Shown here piece by piece: positions 54,401 to 61,865 of a DNA stretch of 64,000 nt. The stretch comes from Asterias rubens (lineage: Eukaryota): assembly GCF_902459465.1 (NCBI RefSeq), contig NC_047062.1, forward strand, positions 12,772,001 through 12,836,000, given 5' to 3'. Position numbers and translations under genes: made by a program. The notes beneath the pieces are model-generated. The model saw nothing but the letters and a program-made list of their open reading frames with translations. It made no database searches and had not been told where the DNA came from. Within the stretch, counting starts at the first letter, position 1. Each line of letters opens with the position of its first letter.

Positions 54401-57400
54401 AGGTGCAAGATTCTGCAGTAAGCAGGCCATGAAATACAGCCTGCTTAATTCAATGGTTTACCATAAGTAATTTTTTTATACTACATAAATGTTCAACGTC
54501 ACAACGTTCCCTCCACCAAGTTTTGTATAAGTGCTCCAACATATAAGTGCTCTGACATACTATGTCGATCACATTAAATGAAAAGTAGGTCAGTGATTAT
54601 TTTGTGGATGTTCATACCAGGTTTACAATGAGAGCTTTTTGGGGACACTAGAGGGCAGCAGACTTACCCATGCTCAGAACTATGTAAAACATGTAAATTT
54701 ACCTGGCAAGTCTGCTGCGGCCGATTTCACAAAACGCTAGGATTAATCCTATCTGGAGTTAGGACGAGTAACCCGTCCTAACTTAGGAAGAGTTCAATGC
54801 GTCCTACGTCTTTCAGATAGAGAACTTAACACATCCTAAGTACTAAGATTAATCCTAAGTTAGGACGAGTGTGGTGAAATCGACGGCTGCTACCTAGTTT
54901 AACTAAATCTCCCATTTAAATAATTAACAGTGAGTGATTGGTGTCTCAGTAACACATTTTTTTTGTGGGTGGAGAGTACCTTTTATTGACTTTGCCAGAC
55001 TGAAGAGTTATAATTAAATTAAAAAAATAATAAAAACAACAAATGCAAAAAAATAGTTAATGGCCTGCCTTTTTTTTACAAAAGCCTTTGAGAAAGACTC
55101 TGCTAAGGTTGAAATGTCATGCCATAAACTATTTTTTGCATTTAAACCCTCAGTCCTTTTTTGCTGGTTAGTTGTTTGCAACGGCTAATTCTTTTCTTTT
55201 CTCAAGAAAAATAAATAAACAAGTTTCTACTCACATTATCATTCTCCTCCCTGTACGGTAGATGTGTTGAGAAATGCCTCATCATTCCAACAGTGATGAG
55301 GAAAAACAGCATACAGAAGATGGTGTGAACCCATAGCTTGTCTGAACTACAAAGATTTAGACAACAGAGATTTAGACATGAGGCCCTTGCATTCAGCAAC
55401 CTTCTTAAAGACAGTGGACACTATTGGTAATTGTCAAAGACCAGTTTTCTCACTTGGTGTATCTCAACATATGCATAAAATAACCAAGCTGTGAAAATTT
55501 GAGCTCGATTGGTTGTCGGAGTTGCGAGATAATTATAAAAGAAAAAAAAAAACACCCTTCTCACACAAAGTTGTGTGCTTTCAGATGGTTGATTTCGAGA
55601 CCTCAAATTCTAAACTTGAGGTCTCGAAATCAAATTTGTGGAAAATTACTTCTTTCTCGTCACTTCAGAGGGAGCCGTTTTTCACAATGCTTAATACTAT
55701 CAACCTCTCCCCATTACTCGTTACCAAGTGAGGTTTTATGCTGATAATTATTTTGAGTAATTACCAATAGTGTCTACTGCCTTTAAAGAAAATAGATTGA
55801 TTGCACAAAAGCGTCATCGACCGCCATATAGTTGATGACAAACAATGGAAAAGTGCAGGTGTGTACGTGCTGCACACAACTCTTGGCCAATGATAAAACG
55901 GAGCAAACAGGAACTGGGATATGAGTAGTTGGGGTGGGGTGGGAGGGACTGCACCCTTTCCACCCTCAAAAAAAAAATAATACCCCAAACACCCTTATGT
56001 ACACACAGATCATGCCATGTTGAAAGTCTACTGTTCATTAAACTAGTTCTTAACTTCTTTAAGAATAATCATCATATGCAGTTTGTCTTATTGTTCTTTC
56101 CTTCTTGCACTGATTATCAGATTTAAAACAGCTGATGAGTCACATCATCATAATCTACTCACTTTGTTGGTATATTACTAACAGTTGTGCGACCGAAATT
56201 CTCTCGTCCGAGTTCCTGACTCCCGCTATAGTTGACTGGTAGTATGACACCAATAGACAACACACATAGAATAATAGTCAGCAAAATCAGGTATCGCTGA
56301 AACTGAAGGTATTGCACCGCATCAACGCCCGACTTCAGTCTGATGTCCTCATCCCTGTAAGATAAAAGTGGTAGCTGAGAACAATCTTCTCTAGTTTCTG
56401 AGGCATTGTATGGCGAGTTATCAATGTATATTTAGTTTACGGTAACATTAGTGTACATGTATAATTCACTTTGCTGTGTAGATTTTGTTCTTTTGGAACT
56501 ATAGGTCTTGCTTAGTGTTACCGGAAACCGAATAAACATTATACATCAATCAAAATGAACCTAAATTAGCAAATTTCGCGAAGGATTGACTATTTAAAAA
56601 ACTCTGAATAAATGCTAAGCAATACTCTTGAAACACTATTATTGTATGCCAAGTGTTTGGCTGAGATAATTTTAACTTACTTGATTTTAATCATTGCTGG
56701 AAGCCAATCGAAGAATGTCTGCAGGGAAATAGAGAGATATCTTAGCTTCAATCAACACAATTTACCTTGTCCTTAGCAGCACCCTTAAGCAAAAGTCAAA
56801 GCCATACAACAAGTTCGAGTGTCACCATGGTTGACTAAAGGTTGACTATTTTTACTCGACCTACATGTAGGTCTGGCTGACCATTGGTTTACTACTGTGG
56901 TCGACCATTTGGAACCAGCCTCAGGTCCTACCCTAATCCATGCTAACATGTTTAAAGCGCAGAAGGGAGTCCAGTAATGCTACAGCGTTGACGTGTTGAA
57001 TACCATACTGATGGTTGACTAGAGTTCCAAACGAGTTCAAATGAGTGTGTCACTGCGCATGTACGTTGCAAGTCAGTTGTCAATGACAGGTCAACTAAAA
57101 AGAGCGCACTCAAATTTGCTGATAGCTGTAGCTACCAATATGGATATGGCCTTATTATACACTCAGTTAAATATGGTTTCGATAAATTAAGCCAGACAAT
57201 CCAAGCTAGTCGGGTCAAGAGCACTTGGGCTTTGAACTCAAAGTAATGTAATGGTTTACAAGGTGCTGTGGCGCAATATGCTGCCAATCAAACCACGAAC
57301 ACCAGGACGAACCCCTTCTCTTTTTGATAAGTGCACTGGGTTCTTTTATGTGCGCTACAAGACACACTGGGCCATTGGCTTTACGTCCCATTTGAAGGAC

Positions 57401-57685
57401 GAAGCAATGGTCAAGTGTCTTGCTTAAGGACACAAGTGTCACGACTAGGACTCGAACCCACACTCTGCTGATCAGAAACACAAGAGTTTGAATTTGGTGC
57501 TCTACACTTCCACGTAGTTAGGGTCAGGAATGACAGAAAAGGATGGGGGTAGGGAGGGTGATGTTACCGGTGCTTTGTTGTGAGGCAGCTCCTCAGTCTG
57601 TGTCGTTACTGCAGGGCCATCTGCATTGATAGATGGCTTGTCCTGTTTGGTCTTGCTGTGATCGCCGTAAAACATACTTGTCCAT
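15301..57685 (-). CDS. TMEM63: TMEM63/CSC1-like (OSCA family) stretch/osmo-gated cation channel, multi-exon, 5'-partial
   Basis: Manual join (minus strand): 57568-57685, 56681-56718, 56163-56354, 55235-55346, 54093-54166, 51573-51653, 50414-50537, 49191-49324, 47852-47971, 47256-47314, 45541-45638, 43729-43925, 42867-42929 (or 42726-42785), 38114-38276, 36011-36116, 31790-31957, 17083-17249, 15301-15477. All introns are GT-AG, all phases match, and the total is 2191 nt with no internal stop. Family motifs: [106 protein letters not shown]. Confidence 0.97.
17083..17249 (-). CDS. TMEM63: TMEM63 exon (TM10)
   Basis: ctccag|GC TCC...AAG|gtgagt; encodes [55 protein letters not shown]; phase matches across a 14.5-kb intron. 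Confidence 0.88.
17319..17430. repeat. 14-bp minisatellite x8
   Basis: Unit tatagtacaaggaa; 112 bp. Confidence 0.95.
19245..19603. mobile_element. TTAA MITE family A
   Basis: ttaa|aggcattggacac...ccaatgcct|ttaa; the right TTAA is shared with the adjacent family C element. Confidence 0.85.
19608..19974. mobile_element. TTAA MITE family C, full length
   Basis: ttaa|agccattatacactttcggtaaa...tttaccgaaagtgtataatggct|ttaa; perfect 23-bp TIR. Confidence 0.9.
20816..21187. mobile_element. TTAA MITE family A
   Basis: TTAA TSDs at 20812 and 21188; TIRs intact. Confidence 0.9.
21665..21865. mobile_element. Inverted-repeat remnant containing an antisense tRNA-like SINE head
   Basis: gagttgtgtgaaaaaaaatcacaggcat / atgcctgtgatttttttcacagaactc inverted pair around a reversed B box (tcgaaccc). 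Confidence 0.5.
23513..23790 (+). mobile_element. tRNA-derived SINE family 1 (5'-truncated)
   Basis: B box GGTTCGAATCC, then the body gtgtccttaagcaagacac...gtcccatgtg shared with other copies. Confidence 0.8.
27022..27398. mobile_element. TTAA MITE family A
   Basis: TTAA TSDs and TIRs intact. Confidence 0.9.
28727..28766 (+). ncRNA. Decayed minimal hammerhead ribozyme motif (Penelope-type, family 1) in a roughly 180-bp repeat
   Basis: aTGAAGA-c-GAGCAG agtata CTGTTC-aAAAC GTC-aagacc: core with C3 and G12 substituted, 6-bp helix II, palindromic ACGT helix III. Confidence 0.6.
29226..29900. repeat. Old diverged tandem repeat, 3 units of about 210-260 bp
   Basis: ccccaagtttaacaaa...agatcta...atgtgtca...ggtttttgca recurs near 29226, 29436 and 29695. 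Confidence 0.7.
29950..30095 (-). mobile_element. SINE family 1 fragment
   Basis: Reverse complement of the family 1 head and body (gtcccatccgaaggac, gaacccacgctg, gagctcgagtc). Confidence 0.7.
31790..31957 (-). CDS. TMEM63: TMEM63 exon (TM8-TM9)
   Basis: cacag|GT CTT...CTC G|gtaagt; encodes [55 protein letters not shown]. Confidence 0.97.
33039..33187. mobile_element. Harbinger/Tourist-like palindromic MITE
   Basis: TTA TSD at 33036-38 and 33188-90; about 60-bp near-perfect TIR aggccgagttatagtcggtcgcgcgatggtcg. Confidence 0.8.
35026..35384. mobile_element. TTAA MITE family A (right end truncated)
   Basis: Left TTAA and TIR intact; family A body. Confidence 0.85.
36011..36116 (-). CDS. TMEM63: TMEM63 exon (TM7)
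   Basis: ttacag|CGA...GCG G|gtaagt; encodes [35 protein letters not shown]. Confidence 0.97.
36198..36236 (-). ncRNA. Decayed minimal hammerhead motif, family 2 (U3:A8 core), sense to TMEM63 pre-mRNA
   Basis: gcct-TTtAGAA-a-aACTC tgcta AGGTC-GAAACGTg-aggc; homologous to 55084 and 59385. Confidence 0.5.
36534..36820. mobile_element. TTAA MITE family A, partial
   Basis: Family A body; right part missing. Confidence 0.8.
38114..38276 (-). CDS. TMEM63: TMEM63 exon (TM6)
   Basis: tttag|C TGT...AGT|gtaaga; encodes [54 protein letters not shown]. Confidence 0.97.
38899..38996. repeat. 43-bp tandem duplication (about 2.3 copies)
   Basis: tttgtcagtacatctcaaccaagggtttagccaatcaggttca repeated. Confidence 0.9.
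39541..40503. mobile_element. Nested cluster: Harbinger-like MITE (GGGCCCAATTTC TIR family G) split at TTAA by two back-to-back family A MITEs (39568-39934 and 39939-40361, opposite orientations)
   Basis: Host left end tgggcacaatttcccagagctgcttaa and right end agctctaagaaattgggcc; shared TTAA at 39935-38. Confidence 0.8.
41116..41482. mobile_element. TTAA MITE family A
   Basis: Left TTAA and TIR; family A body. Confidence 0.88.
41811..42140. mobile_element. TTAA MITE family A (left end truncated)
   Basis: Right TIR ccaatagtgtccactgcct|ttaa. Confidence 0.85.
42160..42375 (-). mobile_element. Penelope-terminal-repeat-like remnant with inverted ends and a highly decayed hammerhead
   Basis: Inverted pair aaggtttgcgttaacaccatgtaa / ttacatggtgttaccgcaaacctt encloses ctgatcGACACGTC (minus strand); related to 47045-47240 and 28720-28900. 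Confidence 0.5.
42726..42785 (-). CDS. TMEM63: TMEM63 alternative exon B (TM5-TM6 loop), paralogue of exon A
   Basis: ttgcag|C GCC...TGG GG|gtaagt; 60 nt; phase 2 to 2; encodes [19 protein letters not shown]. Confidence 0.88.
42867..42929 (-). CDS. TMEM63: TMEM63 alternative exon A (TM5-TM6 loop), candidate mutually exclusive
   Basis: cgcag|T GCA...TGG GG|gtaagt; 63 nt; phase 2 to 2; encodes [20 protein letters not shown]. Confidence 0.9.
43729..43925 (-). CDS. TMEM63: TMEM63 exon (TM4-TM5)
   Basis: tcacag|TCT CCT...GCT AG|gtaagt; encodes [65 protein letters not shown]. Confidence 0.98.
44520..44785 (+). mobile_element. tRNA-derived SINE family 2
   Basis: A box tggagtagtgg, B box ggttcgaatc, and tail gaataaataaaatgaaat; second copy at 57920-58190. 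Confidence 0.8.
45075..45470 (+). mobile_element. SINE family 1 variant with an internal 88-bp tandem duplication (45234-45410)
   Basis: Head tggcc...agttcgaatcccgg; gccaggctcctagtggatgatacc...gtaggtggca occurs twice. Confidence 0.75.
45541..45638 (-). CDS. TMEM63: TMEM63 exon (TM3)
   Basis: ttgcag|CC TTA...AAG|gttggt; encodes [32 protein letters not shown]. Confidence 0.93.
46364..46934. mobile_element. TTAA MITE family D nested in a family G MITE (46193-46957)
   Basis: ttaa|agtcacctggaa...ttccaggtgact|ttaa; internal inverted repeats. Confidence 0.85.
47118..47164 (-). ncRNA. Decayed minimal hammerhead motif, family 1, sense to TMEM63 pre-mRNA, within an inverted-repeat-bounded element (47045-47240)
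   Basis: CTGAAGg-c-GAGCAG agtatc CTGTTt-GAAAC aTC-aagacc; flanked by gtaaacttgcgggtac / gtacccgcaagtttac. Confidence 0.6.
47256..47314 (-). CDS. TMEM63: TMEM63 exon (TM3 start)
   Basis: catag|G GAG AAC...ATT G|gtgaga; encodes [19 protein letters not shown]. Confidence 0.94.
47852..47971 (-). CDS. TMEM63: TMEM63 exon (end of IL2)
   Basis: tgaag|G ATT...GTC TG|gtatgt; encodes [39 protein letters not shown]. Confidence 0.95.
49191..49324 (-). CDS. TMEM63: TMEM63 exon (IL2)
   Basis: ctcag|GTG GAT...GGC AG|gtaac; encodes [44 protein letters not shown]. Confidence 0.96.
49380..49515 (+). mobile_element. SINE family 1 head
   Basis: A-box-like gggccgagcag and B box ggttcgagtccc; followed by an oppositely oriented family 1 fragment at about 49560-49800. 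Confidence 0.8.
50414..50537 (-). CDS. TMEM63: TMEM63 exon (IL2, Cys-rich hook region)
   Basis: cttcag|G CGG...AAG|gtacgg; encodes [41 protein letters not shown]. Confidence 0.93.
50619..50985. mobile_element. TTAA MITE family E
   Basis: ttaa|agatgatgtcagatttttt...aaaaatctgacatagcatct|ttaa. Confidence 0.8.
51065..51453. repeat. Diverged tandem duplication, about 205-bp unit
   Basis: aaataaatgtatctgaaa...gcatgaaacg occurs twice. Confidence 0.8.
51573..51653 (-). CDS. TMEM63: TMEM63 exon (IL2)
   Basis: ctacag|G GAG...CAA AG|gtatgt; encodes [26 protein letters not shown]. Confidence 0.95.
51770..52136. mobile_element. TTAA MITE family A
   Basis: Family A body in the reverse orientation. Confidence 0.85.
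52445..52779. mobile_element. TTAA MITE family C
   Basis: TTAA TSDs at 52441 and 52780; matches 19608-19974. Confidence 0.88.
53245..53490. mobile_element. Harbinger-like MITE family G
   Basis: cagggcccaatttcacagagctgcttagcac...gtgcttagcagctctatgaaattaggccctg; other copies near 35747-35951 and 50100-50292. Confidence 0.75.
54093..54166 (-). CDS. TMEM63: TMEM63 exon (start of cytosolic IL2 domain)
   Basis: ctag|GTA TCC...TTC CA|gtaagt; encodes [24 protein letters not shown]. Confidence 0.95.
54630..54915. mobile_element. Nested small inverted-repeat elements (GCCGATTTCAC-ended MITE inside a gcagcagacttacc element)
   Basis: The host element is seen intact at 40645-40780; the insert has inverted ends gccgatttcac / gtgaaatcgac. 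Confidence 0.6.
55084..55123 (+). ncRNA. Minimal hammerhead motif, family 2 (U3:A8 core), best-preserved copy, antisense to TMEM63
   Basis: gcct-TTGAGAA-a-GACTC tgcta AGGTT-GAAAT GTC-atgc; all catalytic core positions retained, with CpG-type changes in helices II and III. Confidence 0.6.
55235..55346 (-). CDS. TMEM63: TMEM63 exon (TM2)
   Basis: tgtag|T TCA...AAT|gtgagt; encodes [37 protein letters not shown]. Confidence 0.96.
55409..55782. mobile_element. TTAA MITE family A
   Basis: TTAA TSDs at 55405 and 55783. Confidence 0.9.
56163..56354 (-). CDS. TMEM63: TMEM63 exon (TM1)
   Basis: ttacag|G GAT...ACA AA|gtgagt; encodes [63 protein letters not shown]. Confidence 0.97.
56681..56718 (-). 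CDS. TMEM63: TMEM63 exon (38 nt)
   Basis: ctgcag|ACATTC...ATCAA|gtaagt; encodes [13 protein letters not shown], matching the family GFxSWLxAIFRIK segment; phase 0 to 2. Confidence 0.92.
57225..57505 (-). mobile_element. SINE family 1
   Basis: Reverse complement of the 23513-23790 sequence, including the B box (gactcgaaccc). Confidence 0.8.
57568..57685 (-). CDS. TMEM63: TMEM63 exon (first visible; TM0-TM1 cytosolic loop)
   Basis: ccag|A TGG...CCG|gtaac; encodes [39 protein letters not shown]; 118 nt; phase 2 to 0. Confidence 0.85.
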
Positions 57686-57919
57686 CTGGTAGGAGAAAAT
57701 ACATCAGACAGACCGACAAGTTAGACTCATGATCCAGCCGTTTTCTGAAACTATAAGCCGTCATCCACAAATGAAATTATCACTTACCAGAAAATAACAA
57801 ACTTGTGGATGTTTACTGATGTGTTTCCTAGTTACTATCAACTATTTTGAAATCAGGATAAAACTGCATTCATCTGCAAAAATACCCAGTGGTTATGAGA
57901 CGTCACAGGGGAGGTTGAT

Positions 57920-58190
57920 CGGGTTAAGGTAGTGTGGTATCTTTCCTTGCCTTCCACCTCTAGGACCCCAGTTCAAACCACGCCGAGGACACAATGTGGA
58001 TGTCTCAAGTCCCTACCTGACTGTGTGGGTTTTCCCTGGAATAATTCCCAGGGGCTTCCCTCCCACATCTAAAACTGAAACTTCCAACCTTGTCTTCTCA
58101 CCATGGGGTTTCTTGGCTAGTACAGTGTTTAGTTTGCTTTTCTCAAAGTCCTTGGCTTCACAACCAGAATAAATGAAATGAAATGAAAAA
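57920..58190 (+). mobile_element. SINE family 2
   Basis: Matches 44520-44785; tail gaataaatgaaatgaaatgaa. Confidence 0.8.
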
Positions 58191-58677
58191 GTAAGGTTGC
58201 TGCAAACGATTTGTCCAATCCAACCTCCCCAATCGGTGTAAGGGTATTGATTCCCTTGAAGGCCACTGCAATGGTTTGTGAGGCACTCACAGCAACAATT
58301 AAAAGATCCGAGGCTGTTTTGGGGAAAACTAATGTGGATTCTGGTTTGTGGTACACTATAATTTTAATAAGTGTTCTTACAAGAATTACATCAGTCTAAA
58401 TATTTTGTTAGCACGCTGTACTAGTTCCTGTTTGAATATTGAATAGAGAGGGAACATTTTGACTAGCTCCTTCAAAGTGCTAATCTTACTTCCTTCAACT
58501 CAACAGTTCTTTTGAACTAGAGACTAAGTGTTCATCAAGTAGTGTTCAGGTTTCCTCACATATAGGCTTCCTCTTGAGGCAAGTGTGTAAGAATCTATAA
58601 ACCATAACATATCTAATATTTTGAGCAGTACCCCCCCCAAAAAAACTGCGCCAATAATTTGTTGTCATTTGATTGGT

Positions 58678-59125
58678 GGAACGTGTCATGTGTCATACTT
58701 TATTTTGCCATGTATACTGTTTCACAGTCCAACAATCTTATATAGGAGGCCTATATTGATAAATGTAGGACTCTAGGGATGATTCACAGCAACACTTCAT
58801 GATAGTAATAGATTTTACATTGAGTACCTATTGACTGCTCTACATGTTATTTTGTGCCCGCGTACGCTTGAACACCAATAGATTTGGATATGAACGCCGA
58901 ACGTGTCACACTTTATTTTGTCATGCATACTGTTCCTACATTCCGAAAATCTAATATAGGAGTCCTATATTGATAAATATAAGATGCTAGGGAAGCTTCG
59001 CAGCAACACTTCATGCGTACTAATAGATTCTACATTAAGTAACAGTTGTATTGATTACAATATGCTTTATTTGTCTCCGCGTATGCTTGCGCGCCAACAT
59101 GCATATGATGGATATGAATGCCAAT
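58678..59125. repeat. Diverged tandem duplication, about 220-bp unit
   Basis: gaacgtgtca...ctttattttg...ataggag.cctatattgataaat...gcaacacttcatg...ggatatgaa occurs twice. Confidence 0.8.
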
Positions 59126-61102
59126 TGCGCTTTAGACAACTGGTCTTAAACAGTTTATGTTATGTATGGATAATTCTGGAGGGTGTACAGCAAAAAAAAA
59201 ATTGCCATGAGTACTTGAGATGCACTACAGTACATATATCTTTACTAAATTCATATAAAACTGAAACTTAAAGATGAATTTCTCTTTAACAGGATAAATT
59301 TATCCAGGATTAAATTTGAAAAAATAGACAGCAAACTGCTTACCAACCAAAAGGATCAAGGGTTTAACTGCAAAAAATAATTGGTGGCCTGACATTTAGA
59401 CCTGAGCAGAGTCTTTCTCGAGAAAGACTCTGTTCGGACCAAAACATCAGGCCATCACAAACAAATTTTTTGCAGGATTAATGTTCAAAATAAATTATTT
59501 TCAGACCATAAGTCATTTTGATCGTTAATCTGTTATTCAGCGCTTCGTCATTTGGTTTGATATTAACGGTTTAATGGCCTTACTGAAGTAGGCACACATA
59601 ATCCCGAAATACCAATAAAAGTATTATGCAGCCATAAGGTAGCTCTCCAAAGAGCAAAGCTGGATTATAAACACAGGTAATTTTGAGGGATGCTTTGTAT
59701 GATTGAAAACGAGACAGAACATTAAACCAGAATACCTGAACAGCTTTGGAAAAAAAGTCTGCATTAAAAGATCAGAGACTACTGAATAAAAAGGAATAAA
59801 GGTTTGTGAGTAAATTGGGAGAACTCCAGAAAGAACTGTGAATTGAAAAACTTTTCAATTGGTTCATCTTTTCTTTTGAAAACAGGAAAGGAATTCTTCC
59901 TTCGCTAAATGGCTTCTCATTTTAGTGTTGGGTTAAATAAAACACTTTTAAACCCCCCTACAGTGTAATAATTATTGCTCTGTTTTGGCAATCAAACATA
60001 ACCCCGACAGTTACCATGGTTTTTGTCATTGACATGGGCAGATATACTTCATTAAAATAAAACGTCTGAGAGTTTTACGGGTAGATGAAATACAAATCTT
60101 AATGGCCAACTTGAACCTTGGTTTCACCATCAAGGATGCTTTGCAATTAATCTTGGCAAATACACGCATAACATATTTTGCGCTCGAGGACTATTTCTCA
60201 TAATGGTGTGCATACGTATAGGTCATGTATAATGCATATGATGCATGTAATTGGCAACAGCCATATGGACTACTGAGTGTACAGTCTGTGTCTACCCGTC
60301 GAAACCGTGGACTTTTACCAAAAGAGATCCCGGTGTTTGACAGAGTAAGGCATCCTCGCTTAGCATTCAGGTACAAAACTAATGGGGACGTCGCTTCAAA
60401 AACTAAATCAAAACAGTGGGAGAAGTAGTCAACATACTGGATTCACAAACATGCGTGGTTAGACGATTGTATCACCTTTGTAACACAATTTGCCAAAATT
60501 TTTCTTTTGTAAAAATCCACGTTTTTATCATAATCCCAAAACCATCAACAAGATGTCAATGGTTTGCTACAGAGAAGTAAAAGCTCGGGAGCTCTTCTCT
60601 CCAAAACTGGAACTTCCATTAAATTCCCCGATTGCACCGCACAGATAATCCTCATTACATATGAGAGTTTCGTAAATTGGTTTTCTGTATGGAAGCTCAG
60701 TGCAGTATAACTCGGTCACTGCTCTTTGCGTTCATACGTGTAAAATATTCAGCAAAGAGTGATCGTTCAGAAGCTATGGTTGTCAACCGCCGATTCTTCT
60801 CTGAACCAACACTACTCAAAGGGGATTTGCACATGGTGCTACTGCAAGCGTCACCTGATCTGAAGCAGTGTGTTGATAACCCTAGAGTAATCCAGCGTAA
60901 CATAATGAAAGATTATGTGGCAATGTTATTAGAAAAAGTGTGGAAATAAATTTGTCTGGAGTTTACACAGTGGCAACGACCCCCAATTAGCCAGGTGTAT
61001 CTTAAAAGATTTCCACAGACTTTCTGGGTTTATCATAAAAATGGCAAGGGACCAATTTCATGAAGCCGTAAGGGGATGCTTGCTGCTTACGTAGCGCGTT
61101 AA

Positions 61103-61865
61103 AGGAACACATTGCCTTGGACCGGATGAGTTGGTCTTTAAAAAGCCTTTAAAACCGTTTATTATAAAATGCATATGGATGGAAAGATGTTTTAAAGGCA
61201 GTGGACACTATTGGTAATTACTCAAAATAATTATTGTCATAAAACCTTACTTGGTAACAAGTAATGGGGAGAGGTTGATAGAATAAAACATTGTGAGAAA
61301 CGGCTTCCTCTGAAGTGACGTAGTTTTGGAGAAAGAAGTAATTTTCCACGAATTTGATTTTGAGACCTCAAGTTTAGAACTTGAGGTCTCGAAATCAAGC
61401 ATCTGAAAGCACACAACTTCGTGTGACAAGGGTGTTTTTTTCTTTCATAGTTATCTCGCAACTCCGACGATCGATCGAGTTCAAATTTTCACAGGTTTGT
61501 TATTTTATGCATATGTTGAGATGCACCAAGTGAGAAGACTGGTCTTTGACAATTACCAATAGTGTACGCTGTCTTTAAAAGTAGAATACATTGATCCACA
61601 CAAAATTTGCCTTGAAATTGCGTGGTTTTCCTTTTGCTTTGCGAACTAACATGGCTGGCCATTTATGGGAGTAAAAAATTTTACTCCCATAAAAGACCGA
61701 CCATGTTAGTCAGCGAGGTAAAAGGAAAACCTTGCAATTTCGAGGCATATTTGTGTGGATCATTGTATTCTACTTTAAAACATCTTTCCAACCATGCATT
61801 TTATAACAAACGGTTACAGACGCTTTTCAAAGACCAACTCGACCGGTCCAAGGCAACGTGTTCCT
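61103..61865. mobile_element. TTAA MITE family B with a family A MITE (61196-61574) inserted at an internal TTAA
   Basis: Host ttaa|aggaacacattgccttgg...ccaaggcaacgtgttcct|ttaa; the insert is flanked by TTAA on both sides. Confidence 0.88.

Noticed and set aside
57788-57827. 40-nt pseudo-exon with a strong GTAAGT donor upstream of the first visible exon
   Set aside because: The length is not a multiple of 3, and its TG plus the next exon's A makes TGA in the required phase.
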